Assembly: GCA_051294375.1 (NCBI GenBank)
Contig: CM119263.1
Location: 10,160,620 to 10,224,619 of the forward strand
Length of the DNA stretch: 64,000 nt
Reading direction: 5' to 3'
Source: Paraspadella gotoi
Taxonomy: Eukaryota; Animalia; Chaetognatha
Numbering within the stretch: the first letter of the stretch is position 1; every line of letters starts with the position of its first letter. This document shows, in pieces, positions 29,679 to 42,021 of the stretch. The notes under the pieces are model-generated. The model worked only from the letters and a program-made list of their open reading frames with translations. It was not told where the DNA came from and made no database searches. The position numbers and the translations under genes were made by a program.

Positions 29679-32600
29679 ATTAGAGGTTACCCAAATTTTC
29701 CAATTACCACCAGATGAAGGGTCACGACTCACTTTTATTTAGGTTCCCCCTTTTTCGGTCTGTAGAAGCACATTGGGCACTGATTTAAACCCTTTGAAAA
29801 AACGTGCACCGGGGAATAGGAACTCTCCAGAGGTTTCCCAAGCTGATCCGGTACTTTTTGCGCGTGGGTTTTTCTTTGATTCGCTTAATCTTTATATGGT
29901 AAGATTAATTTAAAGATTTTTTTAAATAAATAATTGATTAAATCAATACGTTGATTTTGGATTTTGAAATTATATTTTCTGATGTGTAGACTTATTATTG
30001 TTTTTTATTAAACCTTTTAATTTCTGAATAAAATTTTTAATAATATAATCATTACTATACAATATAGGAATATATTAAAATGATCATTAGTTTCTTTTGA
30101 TAATCAGATACTTACTAAAGTCTTATTCCTTAAATGTTTGTGGTAAAGATATAAATATTAAAACAAATGACATAATTTAGCCAGTACTTACTGAAAATAA
30201 AAGATCATAATACCACAATACTTAAAACTTTAAAAATAAAAGAAAATAAAGAAATGGATTTAAACATGTCTATAATGTATATTCTTCATAACGTTTTAAG
30301 AATTTTTTTGAGCTTCTTTATGGGCTTAAATATTAAAATTTCATGCACTCATGTTTAATAGGTTCTTTTTGTTCCTGGTAACCAAGACATTTAAAACTGG
30401 TCTAAAGACCCCTAAAAACTTGATCCCCCGCGAAAGAACTCATCCCAAAGCTTCCAAGTAATCTAGTCAATCCTTATTTTTGGGCCAAAAATTGAAGGCT
30501 TAAAATGGGGAATAATAATTATTTATTTTAAAGTTATTAAATGTTAGTAATTTAGATAAAGCTTTATCATGTAACTTTTTTAGCCTGGGCGTGCGCATGT
30601 AGTCTTGCGGGAGCCAATTTCAAATCAGATTATTCCTCTAAGTTGGTGGCGTAGGTTTTGCTCGTTCTGTCAGTCTATCTGACTTAAATTTTAAATGGTC
30701 AGTAACTCGTTTTATTGCTACATAATTTAAATAAAATATTTAGGTGAGCGAATGTGTGGATAATATTGTATTTATGAAATGTGCTTATGAGGCTGTGCCT
30801 TGGCAGGTGATTATATAAAAATTCAATCATATGACTAACTTTTAACTATAAAATATGACAATAGTCAGATAATTTTGAAAAATGGCTGAGCGGCGCTTTA
30901 CTATTAAAATCATAACAATACAAGGTTATATAGTCAAAACTTTTGAGTTTTCTTTGTTCATTTTATATTTTTTTTAGCGTATATAACAAGCAATTTTTAT
31001 CAACAAGTAAAGCTTGTGCACGTATATTTTGACTCTTGCTTTTTCCGCGAGTTCTCATTCAGCCCGCCGGTGCTGCACGCTCAACAGATTTTGCGTTTCA
31101 CATAACATTGAGTTCGGGTGGAGAGAGAGAGAGAGAGAGAAAGCCAAGTTTGCCAAACAAAGAATTAGAAAAGCGACTATATGCGGCGCGATGGACATAG
31201 AGCAACGGTGAGTGAGTAGGGAAGGAGCAGAGAGTGAATTAAATTTGAAACTGGGTAAGATGAGAGAGCGCGAAAATCACCTACACTTTGGCAATTTTGA
31301 GCTCTTTTTTTACTTATTTTCCGCTTACTCTTATCTTATCCATCCCTAACCACTTTATTTTTACTATTTCATTTTTTACTTATATCTCATATCTAACTTA
31401 TTTACCTTTATTATTTTTATTTCTTTTGTTTAAAACTTAAGTTTGCTTAAGATTTGAAATCTATCTTTGTTGATATATTGCCTTAATATAATGATCCTTT
31501 CCCTCTTATTTCTCTCGAGTAATCTCTATCTCGTTTTACTAATTTTCAGATGTATTCACTCTCTCTCCTTCCCTATTCTCACCTCAACGCTTATCCTCCA
31601 TTTCTGGACCCACTTATCTTATTCTTTCAATTCTTTTGGTTGCGAAGGGAGATACTTGTTGAAGCCGAAATCTGTTTGAGTCCCAAAACCGTTTAAAGAA
31701 TGACTCATAAAAGGCTAGGTAGATTCGAAAACCTTTATTATTAATTGAAAGATCATCGTTAATGCGAATCAAAACTTTGTTTTTCTTTTATATCAAACCT
31801 TTTATTTACAATACGCAGGTGAACCACAAATTAAATGCTTAATTGTACATTTTAATTTTGCTGCTTCATATGCTTTCTGCACTTGTACTTGGAAAATTCT
31901 TCCATTAAAATACGGACATAAGACTAATATCTGCCAGTTGTTTTTTCATTTTACTCATAATTATTACTTTGTTTTTATATATTTTAGCATTCAATCATCA
32001 AACTATGGTTCATAACAGTTTTTTTACCTCCAATTTTGTTTCCCTTTTTTTGGTGTTTGGCACTTTAAGAATGAAGGTTTTGATTGCATGCTGTTTCTGA
32101 ACTAATTCAATCCATTCTGTTTAAACTATAGCATAATAAACTGTGAACTATAGTTAATTAAGTTTTATTATAAGTTTCTACACTAGTGTTGAGACTTTGC
32201 CAAATAAAATAGAAAAAATGCACTGCCATCAGCTTAGGACCATGCAGCAAGCCTTTTACCCAGTATCCTAATTTACTTTCTTACAAACAACTACCACTCT
32301 CATTCGGGCGGCACTTCACTTAGAATTTCTTCCACCAAAGAGTCAAAATTATTCTAAAACAGAAGGGAAGAAAAGTTTTTGTTTACCTAACCTATGTTCC
32401 AGGATAAATTTTTACAGTTATACTTCTTATTTATTTCCTTGGCCCATTTATAAATCTATACTAATGCCATTAACGTAGATTAAACGTATGAATATTTTCC
32501 CCTAGTTTATTATGTTTGATTACATTTATTCACAAAACATTTGTACTGATCAATAATGATATTGCAATCAAGCCTTATCTAATAAAATGCAAGACCAAGT

Positions 32601-34313
32601 AGATGTCAAGGAATTTTTACTCTTAAGTTTTTTATGTAATCACTTGCCTTTTAAATTTGTAATCTGTATTTTTTAAAAAACATAAAAGTTTACAATTTCT
32701 GGGATGAACCAACAATTTACTCATGGCATCAAAGAAGTCAGTAATTGGGGCCATTTTCCAACACACTTTTGATATTTACTAAAAATGCATAAGACTCAGC
32801 AGATTCTGAAAATATTTGATAATTTTAATCGGAAATTTGACAGTTCTCTTGTAATAAAGGCGCAGAATTTAATCGGCCCATATAAGAGTCTCAAAAACTT
32901 TTTTAAAAAGTTATGCCGAGCAATATTAATAATAAAATTTTAAAAACTTAAAAAAAAAAAGAAATTGTCGTTAAATTTGAATATTGTGTATTTTATTTCT
33001 ATTTTTTTAGCCTAAGTACTGCCTAAATATTATTTTTTCAATATTTATCTCTTTTACAAAAGTGTTAGGGAATAACTTTTAGTAAGCCCGTAACAGTTTA
33101 CAAAAAACTAATGCATTCATCCTTTATATTTTTATATGTATATAATATATATATTAAATTAATAAAATTTTATTAAAAATAAAAGGTTTAATAAAACAAC
33201 TATGAAGCGTCCTTACATGCAAAAATATATTTCAAACATCAAATCAAGTATTGCATTTAATCATTATTTTATTTAAAAAAAATCCCTTTAAAATAATTTC
33301 ACTTATAAGATTACGATCAAAGAAAAACCGCCAAAAGTTACTCGATCACTGGAAACTCTGTCCGAGAGTATCCGTTTCCCTGGTCAAGTTTTTTTCGATG
33401 GTTTTATCAGTCCCAATGTCTTTCTACAGACCAAAAAAGAATCCTAATAAAATGATGTCGCTGACCCTTCATCGTTGTAATTAAAAAATTTGGCGTAACT
33501 CGTATTTTACATGCATACTCTCAAGGGCTTTGGTTTAAATTACTGGCAGGGGTTACTGTCATAACGCTGATAAACGAAAGCCCGGGGCACGTGGCTTCAA
33601 AACGATATCAAAGACCCTACGTGTCCTGGCAACCCTCGGCTCCTTATTTAATAATTTGAGGTAAGACTACTGCAGTCTTTTGCTTTCTTCCTGATTAATT
33701 TTTTACGGAAAGAAATCTCGTTAAACGCCTGCATATCGAGGTTTTTTAACGGTCCGAACAGAAACGGTTAAGGATGATTCGTCAGCGTAAAAAAATCGTT
33801 AAACAAACCTCGGGAATTATCGAAGTCTTTACAGTTTTATAGGCGCGAGGAAGAGGTCGTCGCGCGAGTTTGGGACCGTTAGCCATTTAGGAGAAGAGTG
33901 CTTGAAACGGCGGAAGAGCCCAAATGCGGAGGGAATTAGGCGCAAAGATAGTAAAAATATGAATTGCAGAAAGAGAGGAGGAGAGAGAGGATCCTCAGAG
34001 CAGAGGAGGAAAGAGCAGCAGACGAGAGAGAGGAGAGACTGACGGACGAGAGAGAGAGCAGCAGAGAGCAGACGGAGCAGAGAGGAGAGGAAAGAGCTCA
34101 AGAAAGCCACCTCTACTTCTAGAGATCTCAGTCAAATCTTCCTTTCTGTCAAGCCTTAAGTCTGATGCGTGTTTTTCATCGGAAATGAGAGGAGAGAGCA
34201 GAGAGCGAGGACGCATTGGAGAGAGGAGAGAGAAGCAGAGAGCGAGATGATGAGAGAGAGGAGGGAGAGAGAGAGATGCCAGTGCTATCTCTGCGTCCTT
34301 TTTATCCTTTTAG

Positions 34314-34553
34314 ACTATTCCATCACGGCGCGCCGAGTCCCATTCCTTTCTCTGCTTGCCGACGCCTCTTCTCCGATCGCACCTAAACTGCGGCAAACTG
34401 CGTCTGTCCACGTTGCAGCTTGGGCATCCCGTCGCCTGATGCAACGATCACCAATAACAAGCGTTCGTTGCTCTTCAGCGACCAACGACTGTGCCGCTAC
34501 GCGGGGGGCGTCAGCCCGCTGGCTGACCTCAGAGGACCGATCTCCGTTAGAAT
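34314..34553 (+). other. Inverted, frameshifted copy of the 28081-28280 exon
   Basis: atccttttag|actattccatcacggcg...gcgaccaacgact...gatctccgttag matches the exon, with many 1-2 nt insertions. It is embedded in a larger inverted copy of 27700-30330. Confidence 0.8.
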
Positions 34554-35943
34554 CTGCTGCAGTATTTGAAGAGACTTATTAAAGCCATTGTATTAGGAAT
34601 TAATCCACATGCCAATTAGAGTTTTAATTCCGATGCCTCAATATGATACTGCGCAGATATATATATATAATATATGATTTATACTATGACATGATCAGAG
34701 CGCGACCAATATATGTGATATATATGTAGTCTAGACAACACACCGTACAGCGGACCGATACATGATATATAAACGCGTTTTATAAGACCTTCGCGGAGAT
34801 AATGGAACGAAGTGAAGGAAACGCCAACCTGCTCCCCCGTGCAGATTACTTGAGACATCTCGCGGGAACTTTCGCTGTCTCATGGCAGGCGGTCTAGCGC
34901 GTGGCGTAGGCGAATTGGCTGAAGATAATTCTCGATCTCATACAAATCCCTCGAGATGTATAATTTTGAACGTCCTGCATTTGATAGAGCGTCTAGATTT
35001 GACAAACGAATTATTTCAAATCTCTCTCNNNNNNNNNNNNNNNNNNNNNNNNNACGTATGTATTTATGCGTACATTAAGTATTTATTATATAATTCCTGT
35101 CCATATAAAGCCTGTCCAAAGTCAGGGGCAAGATAGCTTATTTATTAAATGAATGGATAATTTTTATATTGGTTGTACCAATTTTATAAGTTATTCCCCC
35201 TTAAAGGCTCTTCCTCTTTAAAAATGCCTCCTTTAAATTTCGTCGTCCTTTTCCCCTAAAATCCACAAATCCTCAAAGACGAGATTCTTTTAGAATAACC
35301 AATGGGATTCGGACGAATCAAGGAGCTTTGGCGTCAACCAATCAGGGGATAGAGCGCGAAAATTAAAGCGGAGAAGAGATAAAAAGGAGAAAGAGAAAAG
35401 GAGGAAAGTAATAGGAAGAAAAAAATGGTGAACGTGAGAAGTGAAAGATGCGGAAAAGCGAGAGGGCGGGGGGAACCCGTGAAAGAGGAAATAAGTGAGA
35501 TCATAAATGGAAGAAGAGAGTGAGAGAAAAAGAGAAGGAGAAAACGGGGAGCCGGTGGAAGAAGAAATCGAAATTATTTAAAAGGACGAGAAGGAGATTC
35601 AGAATTAAATTGAATTAAAAGACGAAAAGAAAGAAGATATTTTTTTCCGACGACAGAAAAAAAAGAAAGAAAACGAAACTGGAGTGAAAGGAAATTCGGT
35701 CGTGCGACTCGAGACGAAGTGAGCAGAGGTTAACGGGAAATCGACGAGAGAGAACTTTCTTTTCTTTACCTATGATTTGTTTTTTTTATCCGCGGTTTTT
35801 TGGTTTTGTTTTTGTTGTTTTTTTTTCTTATTGACGTTTAGTTGGATTTTGAACCGATTTGACGTAGTGTTAATACATGAAGTAGTTAAAGGACACGGCG
35901 TTGACCTTCGCAGCTCAAAGCGAAAATGAGCACATGACAAACG

Positions 35944-36178
35944 GACAACAGACAACAGGACCAAACGACGCAAGGTGACATATGACATATGAAAAGGGAC
36001 AACAGACAACAGGACCAAACGACGCAAGGTGACAGAAAAGGGACAACAGACAACAGGACCAAACGACGCAAGGTGACAGAAAAGGGACAACAGACAACAG
36101 GACCAAACGACGCAAGGTGACAGAAAAGGGACAACAGACAACAGGACCGAACGACGCAAGGTGACACAAAAGGGACAA
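35944..36178. repeat. 44-bp minisatellite, ~5 copies
   Basis: Unit GGACAACAGACAACAGGACCAAACGACGCAAGGTGACAGAAAAG, with starts at 36041, 36085 and 36129. Confidence 0.95.
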
Positions 36179-36947
36179 TCCTTTGATTCCTTTCCAAAAA
36201 ACTCTGGAACCAACGGACGCGAAACTCGGGATGGCTTCTTGGAAAACGAAAGGCGTCGCCCGTCGCAGGAAGAGGATTGAAAAGCGACGCGCGGCGAGGA
36301 ATACGAATGAAAGGAGAATGGATGATCGAGAGAGAATGTGGAACCGGAACCGAAGAGAAGGAATCCGAATGGAATCGAAAATCCAAATGACGAATGAATT
36401 CCGCTGAAGGGGAAGGAAGGAAACTAGGGAGGGGGAAAGACTTTGACGATCGATGACGAATGGAAATGGAAACGTAAAATGACGAAACCGAAATCGCTTG
36501 ACGAATGGAAACGGCGTCGGAGGCAATGGCGAAAATTACTTTCCGATGGGAATAACTATAAAATCGCGGAATGGAATAAAGAATGGAATCGCTTATTCAT
36601 CCGAGATGAATTCGGGTGTGAGGGGGGGGTAATTCTGAACGTAGCGGCGCGACTCGTACCGACGACTCGGCGATATCATTTGAACGAGCCGGCGTCGAAA
36701 TTTCAAAGAAAACTCTTTCTCTTTCTTCTACGTTCTATTTTGGATGGAGGGTTGGGGATCGTATGAGGGTCAAGGATCATCCAAGAGTCAAGATCCAACA
36801 GTCGAAGTGAAATCGGACTTCTTTTTTTTTTCTTTCGCTAAATTAAGAAGCCTTGAAATTTAATATATACAAATAGAAATAACGAGAAAAAAAGCGTGAA
36901 AATAATATGGAAGAACTGATATATGTCGTGAGAGAAAGAAAAAGCGG

Positions 36948-39871
36948 CAAAGGAGAGAGAGGAAAAAGGGGAAGGTAAAATGGAGAGAGAGAGAGAGAGA
37001 TGAGGGGGGGGGAGAGAGAGAGATGAGAGAGAGAAAGAATGAGAAAGAAAGTAAAAAACAGAGAAGAGAGAGAGAGAGACGCTGGAATCATTCATTAGCT
37101 TCCCAACGCTGATGAGATGCTTTCCCTCGTTTTCTCTTCCATTCTATTTTCCCTTTTCCATTTTCGTTCAGACTTTTCCCTCCTTTCTCGATTGTTATTT
37201 TCGTTCCAGGTAGAGAGGTTCAAACCGAGGCGGCCGCCCCTTTCGCCTGCGCCCTCTTTCGAGAGGATCCCTTTCCAACTTTTGAGGACTCACTCTTTAA
37301 GCCAACGTGGGATCATTACATCTTTGAATCGGTTTTTCTCGTTTAAAAACGTTCATGTCTTGAGACCCCAGCCAATATTCTAGTAGGTATTTGAACGACT
37401 TACAAACGCTGAGACTCTCCGGGTCTGTTTACCCTGCGTAGTAGACGAGCCGTTTCACTTTCAGCCTTCAAAAGAACTCTCTCTATTTTTAAACTTCACA
37501 TCGACTTCGGAAAAAAAAACAAGAAAACCTGAAAACGTGTTTTCGCTGTTAAAATTCGGGATTTTGCTCAAAACTTTTTTTTCTTTTCTCTGATTTACTT
37601 TTTGGGTAAAAAAAAAACTAATCAAATCGCCATTCTCGCATCTCGGGATTTAAAGTTGATAAAATCCGGAAGAGGAGTTTCTAAAAATAGGAAAAAAATC
37701 GCGGCTGGGGAAAAAATAAAAAGGTATAATTGACGACGACACAAAAAGTTCCTTTTCGTCGGAACGCAAAAAGAGCGTCGCGTCTTAGAATAAAGCGGTT
37801 TTAAAGCTTTATGTAAATAAGATTGAAATGTAAAATTAATCCCTTTTTTCTTTTTTTCTTTTCTTTTTTTCTTTTTTCGTATAAAAATGGAAAAAGCACG
37901 CGGGAAACTCGGAAGCCTGTGTGAGAGTAAATTTTCGCGACGGTGAAAACTCGTGTGAACAGTTTACAAAACATGCGCATTCCACTTTAAGTGGGAAAGT
38001 AATTAAAACTACGAACACGATCCCTCGTCTCTTGGTCTTTCCACGCTGGACCAACGTAAACGTTGACGACCCTCATGATTCACTCATCCTCATTGTTCAT
38101 CACTCGATTCTATTATTGGTTTCACAAAACGGAAAATATCACGTTGATTCCCGCGTCGAAGATTTTTTTTCGGACGCCGAAAAAAAAAGCGGGAAAATCG
38201 TTCTCTGCATAAAAAATTATTAAACAACGAGAGGGAATTTAAAATTACCAGCTTCCTCTTTTTGCTGCGTGGGTGAGAATCGTGGTGTGAGAGAGAAGAG
38301 GGGGAGGCCGTGGATAGAAGAGAGAGAGAGGAGATGAGAGAGAGAGAGAGAGAGAGATGACGGAGAGAGAGAGACGAGAGAGAGACGGAGAGAGAGGAGA
38401 GAGAGAGAGAGAATGAATGACGGACGGACGATTTCCAATTTCGTCTCATCTTAACCTTGTGTACCTCAGGTTTGCCGAGAACCGAAAAGCAAAAAAAAAA
38501 TATTCTCACTTCTNNNNNNNNNNNNNNNNNNNNNNNNNCTCACCCACGCAGCAAAAGAGGAAGCTGGTATTTTAAATTCCCTCTCGGTTGTTTAACTAAT
38601 TTTTATGCAGAGACGATTTTCCCGCTTTTTTTTTTCCGGCGTCCGGAAAAAAAAATCTCGACGCGGAATCACGTGATTATTTTCCGTTTTGTGAAACCAA
38701 AATAGAATCGAGTGATGAACAAATTAGGATGAGTGAATCATGAGGGTCGTCACGTTTTAGTTGGTCCAGCGTGAAATGACCAAGAGACGAGGGATCGTGT
38801 CGTCGTTTATTAACTTTCCCAGCGATCATTTATATGAAGTTAAAGTGGAACGCTTGTTGTAAACTGTTGCTCATTCACACGAGTTTCCACCGTCGCGAAA
38901 ATCTACTCTCACACAGGCTTCCGAGTTTTCCCCGTCTTTTCCCCATTTTTATATGAAAAAAGAAAAAAGAAAAAAAGAAAAAGAAAAAAAAGGGATTATT
39001 TTCCATTTCAATCTTATTTACATAAAGCTTTAAACCGCTTATTCTAACGCGACGCTCTTTTCTCCGAGAAAAGGAACTTTTTGTGTCGTCTCAATTATAC
39101 TTTTTATTTTTCCCCAGCCGCGATTTTTTCCCTATTTTTAGAAACTCTCTTCCGGATTTTATCAACTTTAATCCCGAGATGCGAGAATGGCGATTGAATT
39201 ATTATTTTTTTTTACAAAAGTAAATCAGAGAAAAGAAAAAAAAATGTTTGAGCAAAATCCCGAATTTTAACGCGGAAACACGTTTTCAGGTTTTCTTGTT
39301 TTTTTTCCAAAGTCGATTGTGGAAGTTTAAAAGATAGAGAGAGTTCTTTTGAAGGCTGAAAGTGAAACGGCTCGTCTACTACGCAGGGTAAACAGACCCG
39401 GAGAGTCTCAGCGTTTGTAAGTCCGTTCAATATACCTACTAAGAATATTGGCCGGGGTCTCAAGACATGACATTTTTAACGAGAAAAAACCGATTCAAGA
39501 TGTAATGATCCATCGTTGGCTTAAAGAGTGAGGCTCAAAAGTTGGAAAGGGGATCCCTCTCGAAAGAGGGCGCAGGCGAAAGGGGCGGCGCCTCGGTTTG
39601 AAGCTCTTCTACCTGGACGAATAACAATCGAGAAGAGGAGGGAAAAGTCTGAACGAAAATGGAAAAGGGGAAAATAGAATGGGAAGAGAAAACGAGGGAA
39701 AGCATCTCATCAAGCGTTGGGAGCTATGAATGATTCAGCGTCTCTCTCTCTCTCAAAGGAGAGAGAGGAAAAAGGGGAAGGTAAAATGGAGAGAGAGAGA
39801 GAGAGATGAGGGGGGGGGAGAGAGAGAGATGAGAGAGAGAAAGAATGAGAAAGAAAGTAAAAAACAGAGAA
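36948..39871. repeat. Inverted duplication 37070-38280 versus 38539-39750, followed by a direct copy of 36948-37063 at 39753-39871
   Basis: ctcacccacgcagcaaaagagg at 38539 is the reverse complement of 38255-38278, and colinearity runs through to 39740. The copies are separated by a 25-N gap. Confidence 0.92.
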
Positions 39872-41895
39872 NNNNNNNNNNNNNNNNNNNNNNNNNNNNN
39901 NNNNNNNNNNNNNNNNNNNNNNNNNNNNNNNNNNNNNNNNNNNNNNNNNNNNNNNNNNNNNNNNNNNNNNNNNNNNNNNNNNNNNNNNNNNNNNNNNNNN
40001 NNNNNNNNNNNNNNNNNNNGAAGAGGAGGGGGAGAAGGAGAAAGAAAAGGGGGCGGGAAGAGAAGAGGAGGAAGAGGGGAGAAGTGAGATGGAAAGGAGT
40101 TTTGAAGAAAGAATGAGGAAAAGAAAAAGTAAATTCATCGTAACCGGATGCAGTGAGTGAAGGTGAGAGAGAAATAAAAAAGGAAGGATTGAAAAATGAA
40201 AAAGATGAGAATAAAAAAAAAGAATGAAGACAAAAGATGAACGAAGGAAAAGTCAGACTCGGTTTTTTTTTTTTACTTCGACAAGAAAGTTTTTCGCGGC
40301 TTCTCGCTCTCAATCTCGGAATCATAAATAGCGAGTCCGCCAGAATTTGGCAAAACCATAAACCGTTAGGAAGGAACCAGATGAAAAGGTTGGCTTTCTC
40401 AGGATTTCCGGTTTAAACGAATCCAAAAATTGATTTCTTTCTGAAAAACACGAATGGTTCAACAGAAAAAAAAATAAAATTCTTAAAGGTGAAATTGAGT
40501 CGAGCGAAGTCTTAACTTACCTCTACCCACAGTTCACGAAGGTAAGTTAGATAAACTCGTTCGTTGATTAAGAAATCGAGTAATGAGGAATTGAATCCCT
40601 TTTTCTACCTCGAAACCCAAATCCGGTTGGATTAAAGGATCTGACGATGGAACGAAGCAAAAAAGAATTTCGAGTTCCATTTTCATTTTGCGATCGACAG
40701 ATTTGTTACGCATACAACATCATACAACATACGTTTATAAAACGACATACCGGTATTAAGATAGACATTCTTCGTCTAAAACAAACTCAATTGATAAATC
40801 AACACGACCAAAAAAAAACAACTTTGTTTTTGGTTCTCTCTCATCGACGAAGGGTCGGAACTCGGATCGAAAAAAAGGTGCGATTCAAAAAGCGAATTTT
40901 AATNNNNNNNNNNNNNNNNNNNNNNNNNNNNNNNNNNNNNNNNNNNNNNNNNNNNNNNNNNNNNNNNNNNNNNNNNNNNNNNNNNNNNNNNNNNNNNNNN
41001 NNNNNNNNNNNNNNNNNNNNNNNNNNNNNNNNNNNNNNNNNNNNNNNNNNNNNNNNNNNNNNNNNNNNNNNNNNNNNNNNNNNNNNNNNNNNNNNNNNNN
41101 NNNNNNNNNNNNNNNNNNNNNNNNNNNNNNNNNNNNNNNNNNNNNNNNNNNNNNNNNNNNNNNNNNNNNNNNNNNNNNNNNNNNNNNNNNNNNNNNNNNN
41201 NNNNCTCTCCAGACTCTTCCGTTCGAGTTCCTCTTTCTCGCCATTTCTTCCATCGGTCGCTTTCCCTTCCTTGACCTTCCCTTCTCTCCCGTCTCGCTTC
41301 TCTTCTCTTTTCACCTTTCACTCTCTCTGGCTTCGCCTCTCTATTTCCACCCCTTCTTCGTTTCCGATGCCAAGAGTAAAAAGGAAAGGAAGCAAGACTT
41401 GTCATCTCGGTGCCAACTTCTCTTCCTTTTTTTTCTTTTCCTTAATTTTTTTCTCTCTCCCCCCCACGTTTTTTTTCTTAATGCTTTTGAATTTTTTTCC
41501 CCCTTTATATAAAAAAGAAAGAAAAAAGAAAATTGGTAGAAGAAAAAAAAAAAGGTTTTCTTTATTTACGCGTTTTTCTTCTTCGCGAGAAAAGATTCTG
41601 CCTTTTTTTTCACCGCCGCGTTTAATGGAATATATTTTCTCTCTCTTTCTTTTTTTCCCCAACTTCTGCAATTTCACGTTTTTTTAANNNNNNNNNNNNN
41701 NNNNNNNNNNNNNNNNNNNNNNNNNNNNNNNNNNNNNNNNNNNNNNNNNNNNNNNNNNNNNNNNNNNNNNNNNNNNNNNNNNNNNNNNNNNNNNNNNNNN
41801 NNNNNNNNNNNNNNNNNNNNNNNNNNNNNNNNNNNNNNNNNNNNNNNNNNNNNNNNNNNNNNNNNNNNNNNNNNNNNNNNNNNNNNNNNNNNNNN

Positions 41896-42021
41896 ACGCG
41901 CAAGTCACGTTCGTTCTCCGGTGCGCCTCCACCTCGAGGATCGACGATGACGACGATGACGACGACGACGACGATGACGAAGATGACGTCGGGTCTAAGA
42001 TCGTCGGCGTCGATGGCGCCA
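41896..42021 (-). CDS. Kirre/NEPH-like protein, exon starting Ig domain 2 (3' part lost in N gap)
   Basis: Acceptor acatttcag|TG is phase 1 and in frame with the previous exon. Translates (V)APSTPTILDPT(S)nILEVEAHRRTNVTCA, resembling the VPPxxPxI...VxxxC start of Kirre-type Ig2. The exon runs into the gap at 41688-41895. Confidence 0.75.

Larger units (their letters stand above)
27700..35028. repeat. Large imperfect palindrome: ~27700-30330 versus ~32860-35028 inverted
   Basis: 28850-29180 is the reverse complement of 33510-33910, 29680-30330 approximates that of 32860-33500, and 27700-28300 approximates that of 34290-35020. Identity decays toward the centre. 28330-28824 is locally inverted as well. 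Confidence 0.85.

Noticed and set aside
34314-34553. A true pseudogene or paralogous exon
   Set aside because: The differences are almost all small insertions, extend equally through the intron flanks and end at a 25-N gap, which is typical of an unpolished read.
35944-36178. Regular 44-bp repeats as a CRISPR-like array
   Set aside because: The units are head-to-tail with no unique spacers, in a eukaryotic intron with no cas genes. The same applies to 45797-46070.
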